DNA from: Octopus vulgaris
Taxonomy: Eukaryota
Direction of reading: 5' to 3'
Assembly (NCBI GenBank): GCA_951406725.2
Contig: OX597816.1
Location: 79,298,001 to 79,362,000, forward strand
Length of the DNA: 64,000 nt
Shown: positions 41,301-55,185 of the stretch, piece by piece
Layout of the letters: the number at the start of each line of letters is the position of its first letter
How positions within the stretch are numbered: the stretch's first letter is position 1
The notes under the pieces: generated by a model
What the model saw: the letters and a program-made list of their open reading frames with translations, nothing else
The model's database searches: none
What the model was told of the DNA's origin: nothing
Program-made: the position numbers and the translations under genes

Positions 41301-44300
41301 TAGGATAAATTTGGACTCAAAAACAATAGCCATTATAGTTTCATCACAAATTATATTTTTCATACAAAAAAAGACAAAAAAATTGAGGTTTAAGATGTTT
41401 TTCTTTTTAATATCTATACAGAGACATTATAAAATTGTTGTAACTTAATTAATAATTATTTGAATTGGAAGTAAAGGGAGAACCATTCCTTTTTCCTTTA
41501 AATATTTCTGCTCCAGTAAGATAAACTTTCAAAGAAATTTATCTGTTTTGAAAATGCAGACATTCAGTTCTTCGAATTATGATGCACAAACTTTCTTTTA
41601 CATTATATTTTTATATATTACTGCAGGTCCTTTTGACTGTGACTTTCAAAGCAAAACATGCAAATATACAGTATACAAATATAGTCTTGCATGGAGAATT
41701 GTATCCCAAAATTCAAGTTCAAGCGGTAAATTTTATTTTCTGTTATCCAAACTGTCATCATATGATTATACACACGTATACAGTCATGACAAAAGTAAAT
41801 AGACACCCCTCTAATCGTTAAAATTTATTTAAATCTAAAATTATGCATTTAAATTATTTATTAATTATTATAATGTGAATATTTAATATCTAGTTGACAT
41901 GTTCCTTGCCTTTTTCAATGCAAGGGCCCTCCCTATTAGGCATACTAATTATGGATATTCTCTTGAGGAATTTCTTGCCAAGTTTCATGCAGTAATATAA
42001 AAATATCTGACTTTGAGGATGTTTTCATGTTCTTTTTGCAAAGTGTCCTGTCCATTATGCCCCAGAGGTGTTCAGTAGGTGACTGACTTGGTCATGGAAG
42101 CTTTTTAATGCCACTCTCTTCCAAGCAGTTTTGGTTCTTTTTAGCCATGTGACAAGAAACCTCATCTTCCATCATTAGAGAGTCTTCTTTATCATTTCAC
42201 CACTGGAGAAGATTAGAAGGAGTCCTTTCTGCAATATGTTCACATATTTACTGCATTTATGTTTCCTTCACAATTCACCTACACTTGACCACTCTCAGGA
42301 AATACAGCAATTCTGGGCTCATCAGAGAGTATGACAGTGTCTAAATTGCTAGTGGCCTCTCCACCATCTCACTGGCCCAATCTTTTCTCTGCTTGATATT
42401 GGCTGGTTGAAGAGGTGGCTTCTTTCTTGCTGCTCTGCCACAGTAGCCAAGTTTGTAGCAATACCTGATAGATGTTCTGGGACTGACATCCATTTGTTCT
42501 GCTATGTCAGAAGTCTTGCAACAAGGATTATCCTCCACACATCTGTTAATAAAGCGAAGAGTTCTGTCAGAGGGCCCTGGTCAACCTGGGCGAAATGATG
42601 TGGACTCCTTCTCCTCTCTGGTGAATTGCATAATCATTTTATTAACTGTAGAAAGTGGGATCCCAAGTTTTCTGCGATTTAACACTAAGTCCACATTCAG
42701 ATTGACCCACAATATGGCCTCTTTGAAATTTGGACTGTTCCAAGGCTTCTTTTGTAGATGGCATGAACCTGAAACATAAAAATGCCAATTAATAAAAAGT
42801 ATAAACCTTTTCAAGTTAAAAATAAACATAAGACTATATTTTGAGTGTCTATTTACTTCTGTCATGTCTATGAACATAAATGCAATTACAAGTATATATA
42901 TCAACATTTTAATGTATATCAATCCATGATTATGTATGTTCGATGGAATTAATTGGGCTAGATTTTCTACAGTCATATGCCTTTCCTGTCATCAATCCAT
43001 AAATGTTTCTAATCTTACAAACTTCTTACGCTTGGATCCCTGGATCTTACCATTATATATACATTACAGACAATAAAGTAAATTTTGAATGCAATATAGC
43101 TGTGAAAACAGCTGAAAAAAATTAGGTATTTACTGTAAGATTGGTTATTTACCATTCTGAGGGTAAATACTTAATCTTTCTCAGCTGTTTTCTGTTGTGT
43201 GAGCGCTCCTAGATGATAAGTAGGCGAGTTCGATATGTTTAAATAGTGGACGTGATAGCTAGATGAGGAGCATTGAGTGGAGCAATTCTGAGTTGTTGAT
43301 TTAGTTTGGTGACAATGTTGTTGTTGCAACTGATGAAATTATGATTAATGAGAACAGTAAAATGGAACTGCTTGCTTTGGGGAGTGGGTAAGCCATTGCA
43401 TTTTTCATTCCTTATTCATTATACTCTTTTACTCTTTTACTTGTTACAGTCATGTGACTGTGGCCATTGCTGGAGCACTGCCTTTAGTCGAGCAAATCGA
43501 CCCCAGGACTTATTCTTTGTAAGCCTAGTATTTATTCTATCGGTCTCTTTTGCCAAACCGCTAAGTTATGGGGATGTAACACACCAGCATCGGTTGTCAA
43601 GTGATGGTGGGGGACAAGCACAGACACATAAACACACACACACACACACACATACACATATACAATGGGCTTCTTTCAGTTTCCGTCTATCAAATCCACT
43701 CACAAGGCTTTGGTCGGCCCGAGGCTATAGTAGAAGACACTTGCCCAAGGTGCCACGCAGTGGGACTGAACCTGGAACCATGTGGTTCATAAGCAACACA
43801 GCCACTCCCACGCCTAAATATATTCATATTTCATGCATCATATATTCATATACAATATTCATATTTCATACATCACATTCTATGTACCCCACATTTTATG
43901 TTGTCTGTCCTTGTGTTGTTCCCTCTATATTCAGGCTTTATGCCTATAATAAAGAAAGAGTGTCAAGTAGAGTGAGCTGGAGCTGTCAGTGGTCTAGACG
44001 TTGAGTTCTGTTGAGTCGAGTCGTCAGAAGTGAGAGTTCGGTAGTTGAGTAGAGGTATGTCATTGGTGAAGGTACACCATCTGAATGTATGATATAACAG
44101 TGGCAACGAGGTTTCGAATAGTACTAAAATGGAAGAGTTACTGAAAGCAGTTGTCAAACAACAAGAGCAGCAACAGCAGCAACTACAGAAGTTAACAGAA
44201 TTGTAACTGCATTCGAGAAATACAACAGAATCATTTTCAGTGGATGGTGTTGCAAATTCCATCGAAGAATTTCACTACAAACCAGATGAACGTGTCACAG

Positions 44301-47300
44301 TTCGTGTCAGAGAAAGCATTGGAAAAATTGAAATTAAAATTGAAAAAGATGTACCCTGATGTGTTTTCAAAAGAACTCGGTATGTGTAAAAAACTTTATT
44401 TTAAACCACATACCAATATTAATGTATTTTGCTTATTTTCTTTATTTTACAGACACAAACAAATACTTATACATTTATTCAAGAACAAATACTGAAAATG
44501 CAAACTTTCAAATACAGTCACCTCAAGCAGATGTGAAGGAAAATTCTAGTGTCACCTTCAAATACCGAATGAGAGGAAATATGAAAGAGTTTGCACTAAT
44601 TACTTATGACTCTTATTCACGGAATGAATTGTGGTCTTCAAATTTTAATGATATTAAAAAATTCACCACAGCATGTGTAGATTTCCCAGTTTCAACAAAT
44701 TTCGGGCTGATCTTTCAGATGACAGCAAATGTTAATTCCAGAGGGAACACATATGGATACCTGGATGACATAGAAGTCCACAATGAAACATGCAAATGTA
44801 AGATTTAAAATATCTTCATTTTAAATTGAATTTCTTTTCAATTTTATTCAAATTATTTTTCCTGATATTTTTAAATCCATTTTCCCATTCTTGCATTGTC
44901 AGGGTTGTTTTGTTGCAGCAATTATTTTTACAATTCTGGATTCTCATCTTTGTTTGAAAACAGAGTGGCATCTGTTGTGAGACAATTAGAGTTATGTGTC
45001 CTGATCAGGAGTACAACACAATGGCTGAAGTGAGGTTTAAATATATAACCTTATGATGATCATCATCATTTAATATCCACTTTCTTTGCTAGCATAGGTT
45101 ACATGGTTTGGCTGGAACTGGTAAACAGGAGAGCTGCACCAGGTTCCAGTCTGATTTGGCATGGTTTCTACAGCTGGATGCCCTTCCTAATGCCAACCAC
45201 TCCAAGAGTGTAATGGGTGCCTTTTACATGACACCAGTAACATCCATGAGTACAAATTCATGGGTGCCATTTACAGGATGCTGGCAATGGTCATGATTAT
45301 GGCTTCACTTGACTTAACGAATCTTCTCAAGCACAGCATATCACCAATGTCTTGGTCACTTGACATCATCTCTGTGAGGCCCAACATTCAAGGATCATAC
45401 TACTAGCAACATTCATGGATACAATTTGACGGGTGCCGTTTACATGATGCCAGCAACATCCACAACAATGATTTCACTTGGCTTGATGAGTTTTCTCAAG
45501 CAAAGTATATCACCAAGGTCTCTGTCACCAGTCATCACCTCCATGAGGCCCAGCACACAGAGATCATGCTTTACCACCTTGTTCCATGTCTTCCTGAGTC
45601 TACCTCTTCCACAGTTAGCGATTGGCACTTCTTTACACAGCTGTTCTTCTCCATATGCATCATATGACCATGCCAGTGCATTTGTCTCTCTTGCATGCTA
45701 CATCTGATGCCTTTAATGCCCAGTTTTTCTCTCGAGACACTTATGCTTTGTCATTCATGCACACTGGTATTGCACATCCAGCAAAGCATACTAGCTTCAT
45801 TTCTTTCAAGCCTTCACATGCCCTCTGCAGTCACAGCTCATATTTCACTGCCTTATAGCATGGCAGTTCATGCACAGGCAATACACAGTCTGCCTTTCAC
45901 TCTGAAGGAGAGGGCCTTTGTTACCAACAGAGGTAGAAGCTCTGTGAACTTTGCCCAGGTTATTCTTATTCTAGCAACTACACTCTCAGATCATCCACTT
46001 TCACTGCTGGCTTGGTCACCTAGATAATGAAAACTATCAACTTCTAGGTATCTCCCAAGCATTTGATGACGTCTATTTTCTTTATGTGTCTAATGTTTAT
46101 TGTACTTGTGCATCTGCCACACACAAAATCTATTTTCCTTCCTAACCTTCCTTTGATATTACTGCACCTCTTATGTGTCCAAAGCTTTCACCAGGTACAT
46201 TTTATAGAGTTTCTATCTACATCTTTTCTACATGTTGAGCAGGGTTTTTGACTTGTTTGCTTTCTTACTCCCTAAGACTTTGGTTTTTGCTAAATCAACT
46301 CTTAGGCCCTTCAATTCTAGACCTTGCTTTCACACCTGGAATTTCTTCTCTAGTTCTGGTAATGAATCAGCAATAAGAACAAGGTCATCAGCATAGAGGA
46401 GCTCCCAGGAGTGCCAGTCTTAAATTCCTCTGTTATTGCCTGGAGGAATATGGATATAGCTGAGGACTGATCCTTGGTGAACTCCTAGTTGTATCTTGAA
46501 TTCATTGCTATACTCATTGCTGACCCTCACCTTACTGACAACATTCCGGTGCATGGCTTGTACAACTCTCATCAATCACTCATCTATCCCTAGTTTCAGC
46601 ATTGCACTCAAGATAAGGGATCAGGGGACTCTGTTGAAGGCTTTTCCATGTCAGCAAAGCCAAGTACAGAGGTGTCTAATAATCTAACATAATTACTGTG
46701 ACTTGTAAATCATCTAATATGTATTAAGCAATACTAATCTATATAGATTTACAATATGAGCTTTGAGCTTTTGTATTATCAATACATTGGCAGAAAGTAA
46801 ATTGATTCAATACTACAGTCACATTACAAATTCATAAATTCGAAAAAATATTTCTTCTGAAATTATGCTTGTAAAGTCTTTAATCTGGCTTGTTGTAAGC
46901 AAAATATTGATGTTATCTTCATAACATTATTCAGTAAGTGAGCAAAGAAGTTTACATATTTATTCAACCTGATCAGTGTCATAAACATATCTTCTTCAAC
47001 AGATTCTACAAAAGCAATTCAGTTGTCTTTTTATTCACTTTGACTGTTGCTCAGAAAATTTTGAATGTACATGTTAATCCATAATGAAACTCGAATGCAA
47101 ACCTAGATGCCATTGAAGTCCATATTGAAACATACAAATGTAATATTCAAAGTTTCTTCAGGTGCAGGTGTTAAACAATGATGATGATGATATATGTATG
47201 TAAATATATATATAAATGTACGTAAGTATATATCATCCATCATCATCATCATTTAACGTCTGCTTTCCATGCTAGCATGGGTTGGACGATTTGACTGAGG

Positions 47301-47895
47301 GCTGGTGAACCAGGCTTCAATCTTCTTCTGGCAAAGTTTCTACAGCTGGATGCCTTTCCTAATGCCAGCCACTCTGAGAGTGTAGTGGGTGCTTTTACGT
47401 GCCACCAGCATGGGGCCAGTCAAGCAGTACTGGCAACGACCTCGCTTGAATCTTTTACACATGCCACTGGCACAGGTGCCAGTAAGGCAATGCTGGTAAC
47501 ATCATGCTCGAATGGTGTCTTTTATGTGCCACCGGCATGGAGGCCAGATAACTGCTCTGGCAACGATCACGCTTGGATGATGCCTTTAACACCCTACTAG
47601 CATGGGGCTAGAGTGCCAGTAAGGCAACGCTGGTAACGATCACACTCGAATGGTGCCTTTTATGTGCCACTGGCATGGAAGCCAGTTAGCTGCACTGTGA
47701 ACGATTACATTCGTATGCTGCTCTTTGCACCCCACTAGCACGGGTGCCAGTCATCGAATTTGATTTTGATTTTGATATGTATATATATAAATATATATAC
47801 ATACATATGTATGTATATATATATATGTGTGTATATGTATGTATGTATATATATGTATGCATATGTATGTAAATATATATGCATTTATGTATATG

Positions 47896-47935
<40 letters not shown>

Positions 47936-47941
47936 TTTATA

Positions 47942-48011
<70 letters not shown>

Positions 48012-48667
48012 TTATATACATAAATGTATAATGGTGTCTGTCTGACTATGTGTTAATGATTTTTGGCACATAGGTAGATCACATGCTCTTCGAAAACTTG
48101 ATAATGCTCAGTTAGCATCGATTTTTGTAAGCTCAATCGGGCATTTGAATAGAAATTCCTGTAAAAATTTTATTTTTCTTGCAGCTTTTGCATTTTTGTC
48201 CGATTTTGATAGCAAATGGTCATGTAGATTCTATTTTATGACATAACCTTAACACTTTTCTTTGGATTTGGCTGAGATTGGACACGCTGATCAATTTTGT
48301 ACAGAGGGTAGCATTAAGGGGAGAGAAATAAACCAACATCACTCTCAATGGGTCGAGGTACACCCAAAAGTTTGACTGAAATTTCTGATGGTCCAGTATG
48401 TAGGAGTATGTCAAAAGTGTTTACTGGGAAAAATCCCGGCCGAACCAGATATAACATCTTAATGGGTAATAGTTGACATGGGGAATGTACAAGATTTGAA
48501 TACAAGGTCAAAGGTGGACTTAACTTTAACATGGAATACACAAGCAATGCTGGGTCTAACAGCTAGTATGTATGTATGTATGTATGTATGTATGTATGTA
48601 TGTATGTATGTATGTATGTATGTATGTATGTATGTATGTATGTATGTATGTATGCATATATATGTAA

Positions 48668-48710
<43 letters not shown>

Positions 48711-51547
48711 TATATATATAAGTATATATGTAAGTATATATATATATAAGTATATATATAAGTATATATGTATAAGTATATATGTATAAGAATATATATG
48801 TATAAGTATATATATGTATAAGTATATATATGTATAAGTATATATATGTATAAGTATATATGTGTAAGTATATATGTATAAGTATATATACATATATATA
48901 TATAAATAAATATATATGCACATGTATATATATATATATTTACGTGTGCATGTTTTTGTGTCTGTGTTTGTCCCACCACCACTTGATAACCGGTGTTCAT
49001 GTGTTTTGCATCCCCATAACTTAGCTGTTTGGCAAAAGAGATTGATAGAATAAGTACCAAGTTTAAAATATAAGTACTGGAGCTGATTCATTCAACTAAA
49101 AAAAAAATTCAAGGTTGTGCCCCAGTCTAATGACTGAAAGAAGTATAACCACTGTGGGTTATGAGTTTTTGATAAGTTAACTATGGCTGGTTTGTCTTGA
49201 AGCAGCTGCATGATGGTTATACATTAACTGGTCTAGTCTGTGTGCCTGGTGTGATTGTAGGTAAACTCTTGATAAGAAGAACCAGGTAAATTTAATGGAA
49301 CTGTTCTTTATTACGACCATTATAAAAATACATGGCAAATGTCTTACGCATTGATAATTAACTGGTTTGGTAATTCATGGCCTGGTTCTGTGAGCTGAGC
49401 AGTATAGTTCTGTGCTCTGGGCAGTGTAGTTCTGTATTCAGAGCAACATAGTTCTGTGTTCTGGGCAGCATTGTTCACAGGAAGATGTCCCTTTGGTTTG
49501 CAATCTCCTCTCTATCTCCTGCTGTAGCATGAGGGAGCATTTTTTATATAATGGCTGATAGACAGGAGGGGAAATTTTCTGTGTTGGGAAAAATATCTGT
49601 TGCTCAAACAGTTTTAGAACTAGTTTAGTTGCTTAAATTTATATATGTTGCAAGCTTGAATTTATATGTATTGTGAGCAGAGACAAACTACTACCATCTC
49701 TAGCTGATGAGATGTCCTGTACTGAAGGTAGGTAGAAAATAACATGAAGCCAGCTGGTCTACTGATCCCATCACTAGAAGGTGGTAGGGGTTCGCTCCCC
49801 TGCTCACAATATATTGGATGCAAGTGTGCATCATTAACCAGCTACATGAAATGTCCTCTCAGAGTAATCAATAGAACAGCTATGTTGAAGTGGCAACAAA
49901 CATTACTTGTCAGTACAGCTACTACATTCGTCTCTAACAGAGATTTTAGAACTAGCTTATTTTACATGACTTACTCAGAAAAAATAATGACTGAACCTAG
50001 TATGAGTTTTGACAAATAAGAATTCCATTTGTCTGATTGATAAAGCTACCACCTCATTGTCTTTTAGTATAAATTGTTGAACATTCCTTAAACTTTTGTA
50101 CCTTTAACACAATCCTCCAGTAGACTCTGTATAATATTGTCTGGTAAGACTGCATCCTAGTACAATTATCCATTAGAGAGCTTTCCACATATGTTTCCAT
50201 CTACAAGTTTCATTCAGAATGGTTGAATCAATCCAAAGATTTGGAGCAGAAACTTTCTCTACATGCCAAGAAAGTAGAATAGAATTTAAAATCTTTTGTT
50301 AGAGAAGTGAACTACTTAGCCATTCAGCTATGCACTCTCATACTTAAGCATATATCAATTTTGTCCAAACCAAGAGTCCATAGTTTCAATTTTATCATCA
50401 GATCATTGAATTTTAAATTATTCTACTAAAAGAGTTTTTAGGAATATATTTATTCTAATACTAAGTAATCATACTTAATCTTTTACATCACCTACCAAAC
50501 TTCTAAAAATATTTAAAATGGTTGAAAATTACAGAAGAAATTAGATAGAAAGCTTATATAGTATAATGCATGAGTTATTTTTTAATAATATGAATGCATA
50601 ATTTTAAACAAAGAATAATGATAAGTAATATGATGTTGAAGAATAAAAAAATCCATTCAATATTTTGTCTTTGATAAATTCTAAACGTGAAATAAAATCT
50701 TTAAAATGAAATTTCAGTCGTACACAATATTAAAAACTATCATGCAAAGTTCCAAAGATATAGGGTATAAGGGCAGGGAATGACATTGATATTAACCAAT
50801 AGATTCTTGAGACCTTTTGAAGTTCTTTACAATTGCTGTAAATTTTTTACAATTTACAAGTTTTATATTTTATATGATTGATTCTTTTTTAATATGCAAA
50901 TTTATATTTTTATTTACAGTCATATCAAAAACTGTAATGTGGGTTAAGGTCTTCAAGGGAAATGTAATACTATCAATTTAATATTTTCATTTCTTGATTT
51001 GAACTTATTAAGCTTAAAATATTGAATAAATTTACCATTGTTATTGCACATTCTTACACTTTCATTGTCCAAATCTTATATTTCAAGTAAACTATTTGAT
51101 GATTTAAATAAACTATATGATTTTACATTTTGTCTTGTCCTTTGTAAATTTACTAATGTTATTGATCATGTGTTTCAACAGTGGGTCTTACATACCATTT
51201 TTGCAAATTCGAAGAAGTACATCTGTGTAATTTCCATGTTGAATGTCCAGAGAATACCAGATATAACTGGAGCCGAAGATCTTCTTCAGATTACCGTGAT
51301 ATTCCACGTCATCGTGGCAACCCATGTAAGTCAGATATTATAATGCATTATTATATATTCTGTAAACTATTATCAAATAGTTGTTATTAAGGTTAAGATA
51401 CCTCCAGTAAAATTTCCTCTTTAAAAAATCCATTATATTTTGACATTTTACTAAATTTGAGATATTTATAGTGCTTCTCCTACTCCTCCAACTGCTGCTG
51501 CAACTACTACTACTACTACTTACAGTTGCAACTACAACAGCAGAAAC

Positions 51548-51590
<43 letters not shown>

Positions 51591-53665
51591 AATGCATTCA
51601 GGACACATGGCCTAGTGGTTAGGGTGTTGCATTCATGATCATGAGACCATAGTTTCAGTTCCTAGACTGGATGGTGCATTGTATTCTTGAGCAAAACACT
51701 TCATCTCACATTGCTCTGTGAACACTTCGACACCAGATATGTTGTACACTATGCATCTGTTCAGCAAATGTCGATTGAATGGAGGGAGGGAGCTTATGTA
51801 CAGCACAAGCATTTGATTACTATAAACAATTCATTTGTGCAGGACATTCAGCAAAAACTGAACACATATACATCATCTTCCACAGGAGAGTCCATCATAC
51901 GTTAACATTCACAATCAAAATAAGAGAAGGAAGAGGAGGAAATAATGCTGTCATTTGTTCTTATAGTGTTCCTTATCAACTACTTTTTTGGCAATAAAAG
52001 AAACTAGTAATGAACATGTCATTGTTTTGTCCTTTAATTCCCATTTTCTTGCTTTTCTTTCAGACTATTACATGTATGTTGATTCTATAAATGGCAAACC
52101 TGAAGACGTGACACATCTTTCTTTTCCAAATGTTGAACCCCCAACAGGCCATAGTTTATACTTTGATTATTATCTCCAACAAGGCTCTGGCAAACTTCAG
52201 GTATGGTCAAATAGTTTTTCTCTTTAAATCATCACCATATTCACAGAGAAAAATTTTTTCTGGCAAGTGTTGGACAGTGTGACCAGGGCTAGCAATCTGG
52301 AAGGCTGCACTGGACTCCAGTCTGATTTGGCATGGTTTCTATGGCTTGATGCCCTTCCTAATGCCAACCACTCTAATAGTGTAATGGGTGCTTTTATCTG
52401 CTACCAGCACAGGTGCTATTTGAGCGACACCAGTATCTGACATGACTATGATTTTACTTGATGAGTCTTCTTCTCAAGCATGGCATGATGTCAAAGGTCT
52501 CAGTCATTCATCATTGCCTCCATGAGGTCCAGCACTTGAGAGGTGTTTTACATGTGCCACTGGCATTAGCCGCCCTGCCTCTGTGATGCCCAATGCTTGA
52601 ATGCTTTTTATGTGCCATCGGCATGGGTACCAGTTATGTGACACCAGCATTGGCCACAACCACAATTTCACTTGGCTTGATGGGTCTTCTTGTGCACAGC
52701 ATATCACCAAAGTTCTAGGTCACAAGTCACTGCCTCTGTAAGGTCCAAAGTTCAAAAATCATGTTTTACCATCTCATTCCATGTCTTCCTGGATCTGCCT
52801 CTACCACAGGTTCCCTCCACTGTCAGAAATTGGTACTTCTTTACATAGCTGTCCTCATCCATACACATCACATGACCATACCAGCAGAGTCGTCTCTCTT
52901 GCATACCACATCTGATGCCTCTTATGGTCAACTTTTCTCTCAAGATGCTTATACTCTGTTGTACATGCACATTGACATTGCACATCAAGCAAAGCATTTT
53001 GGCTTCATTTCTTTCAAGCCTACACATGTTCTTGGCTGTCACAGCCCATATTTTGCTGCCATGTAGCATAGCTGTTAACATACATGCATCATACAATCTG
53101 CCCTTCACTCTGAGGGAGAGGAACTTTGTTGTTACTGAGGTAGAAGTTCTATGAACTTTGCCTAGCCAATTCTTATTCTCAATGCTATGCTCTCAGAGCA
53201 CCACCTCCACTACTAACTTGATCACCCAGATAATGGAAGCTATCTACTACTAGCTTACCCAGGTGGCAGTTGATAGCATCTATTTTCTGTACATTTTCAG
53301 TGTTTATTGTATCTGTGCATCTTCCACACACAAATGCTATTTTCGCTGTTAACCTTCCTCTGATATTGTTGCACCTCTAATGTGCCCATAGTTAGGTTAA
53401 CTCTAACACCTTTCGATTCTAGATATTGCTTTCATACCTGAAACTTCTTCTCTAGTTCTGTTAGTGATATATAAAGAACACACCCATACTAGTACCATGT
53501 AAAAAGCATCCAGTATATTCCGTAAAGTGGATGATGTTAGGAAGGGCATCCAGCTATAGAAACCATGCCAAAATAGATGAATGGAGTCTGCTTCAGCCCT
53601 CTGGCTTGCCAGCTTCTGTCAAAACCGTCCAATCTATGCCAGCATGGAAAATGAATGTTAAATGA

Positions 53666-53733
<68 letters not shown>

Positions 53734-55092
53734 ATACATACATACATACACATGCATAAAGAATTAGGAAAAGGAAAATTATCTGGTTAACCTCACCTCT
53801 CCCCATTTAACCTAAATGTTTCTAGTAACATAGCCAGGGGCTTTATGTCATTAAAGAAGAAACATTTCCCTAGAGGCCATACATAAGTATTACAAATTCT
53901 TCAATCCCTATAATGTCAAGGTGAGATGTAACACACAGCATCAAGTGGACTATTAACTGGTGCCACCATATTCACCCTGTGTCCCTAATTGCCAGCTCTG
54001 CCTCTGTAAAAAACTGCATATCTTTTGCCAACCTGCAGTATTCATCAACAAGAAATATGATCTATTCTATTGCTCTCACCAGACTTAGCCCTTCCAGTAA
54101 ATTTCAAACTACTGGCTGCTGACAACTTAGATATACCTCCTCAGTACAAGCTCCTTCTCTGCACTACCTGCACCGAGATCACCATCACCAACCAAACCCG
54201 TGAGCAGGACTGAAATCATCAATTCCTAATGCTTTTCCATGCCTGTCTACTTGCATACTCTCACCTCTTGTACATAACCATATGAGTTAATATGCATGCA
54301 CATATACAACTTCACACCATATGCATGCACATGAATATATGTACAATAGTGTACATACACACATATACATACATGTGTGCATGTGCTCATTCATGTGTGT
54401 ACTCATGCATACATGTCTGCATGTGCTCGTTCATGTGTGTACTTATGCACACTTGTGTATGCATGCAATATGCTCTTGTGTGTGTGCACTTGGGGGTAGA
54501 TACATGCAGGCATGTATATGTGTGCATGTATTTATATATATATGTGTGTGTGTATATGCATGTTTGCACATGTGGACATGTATGTGTGTGCGCACATGCA
54601 TGTGTGCATGAATGCATACATGTGTGTGTGTGTGTGTGCATAGATGTGAAGATGTACACCTATGTACATGCGCATACACTTGCATTAATACAGGCGCACT
54701 CACACAAAAGTATAAGCACATGTGACTGTACACCTATGCATATGCACATACACTTACATAAATGCAGCCACTCACACACATATATATAAGCACATACACA
54801 CATATATACGTATATACTTGCACATCTACTGCCCCTTCCTACTTTCTTTTCACCCCACCATCTGTGTGACCGATTTCCTGTCCATCAAGTAATTGTTATT
54901 GCTGAAATAGCAGCATCAAACAGTGATACCATGTGATCTTTTTCGATCAGTTGCAAGCTAATAGCCAGGATTAAACAGTAATTCTCTCCCATCAACGTCT
55001 TATTCTAATTCCAATGGCTGAAGGCTAGCAAGACTAGCATCATGCTTAAAACTTAAAGTACCAGGGAATTTGAATCAAACTATTTGATCCAC

Positions 55093-55185
<93 letters not shown>

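Noticed and set aside
43348-44004. 218-aa ORF on the + strand
   Set aside because: Read-through of an antisense SINE family A copy; the same peptide text appears at 8102 and 8289.
47385-47750. CRISPR-like regularly spaced repeats (also at 12050, 31430, 60425)
   Set aside because: Eukaryotic intron; the intervening sequences are themselves homologous tandem units, and there are no cas genes.
49702-49730. CTGATGAG motif
   Set aside because: No downstream stem II or GAAAC; expected by chance.
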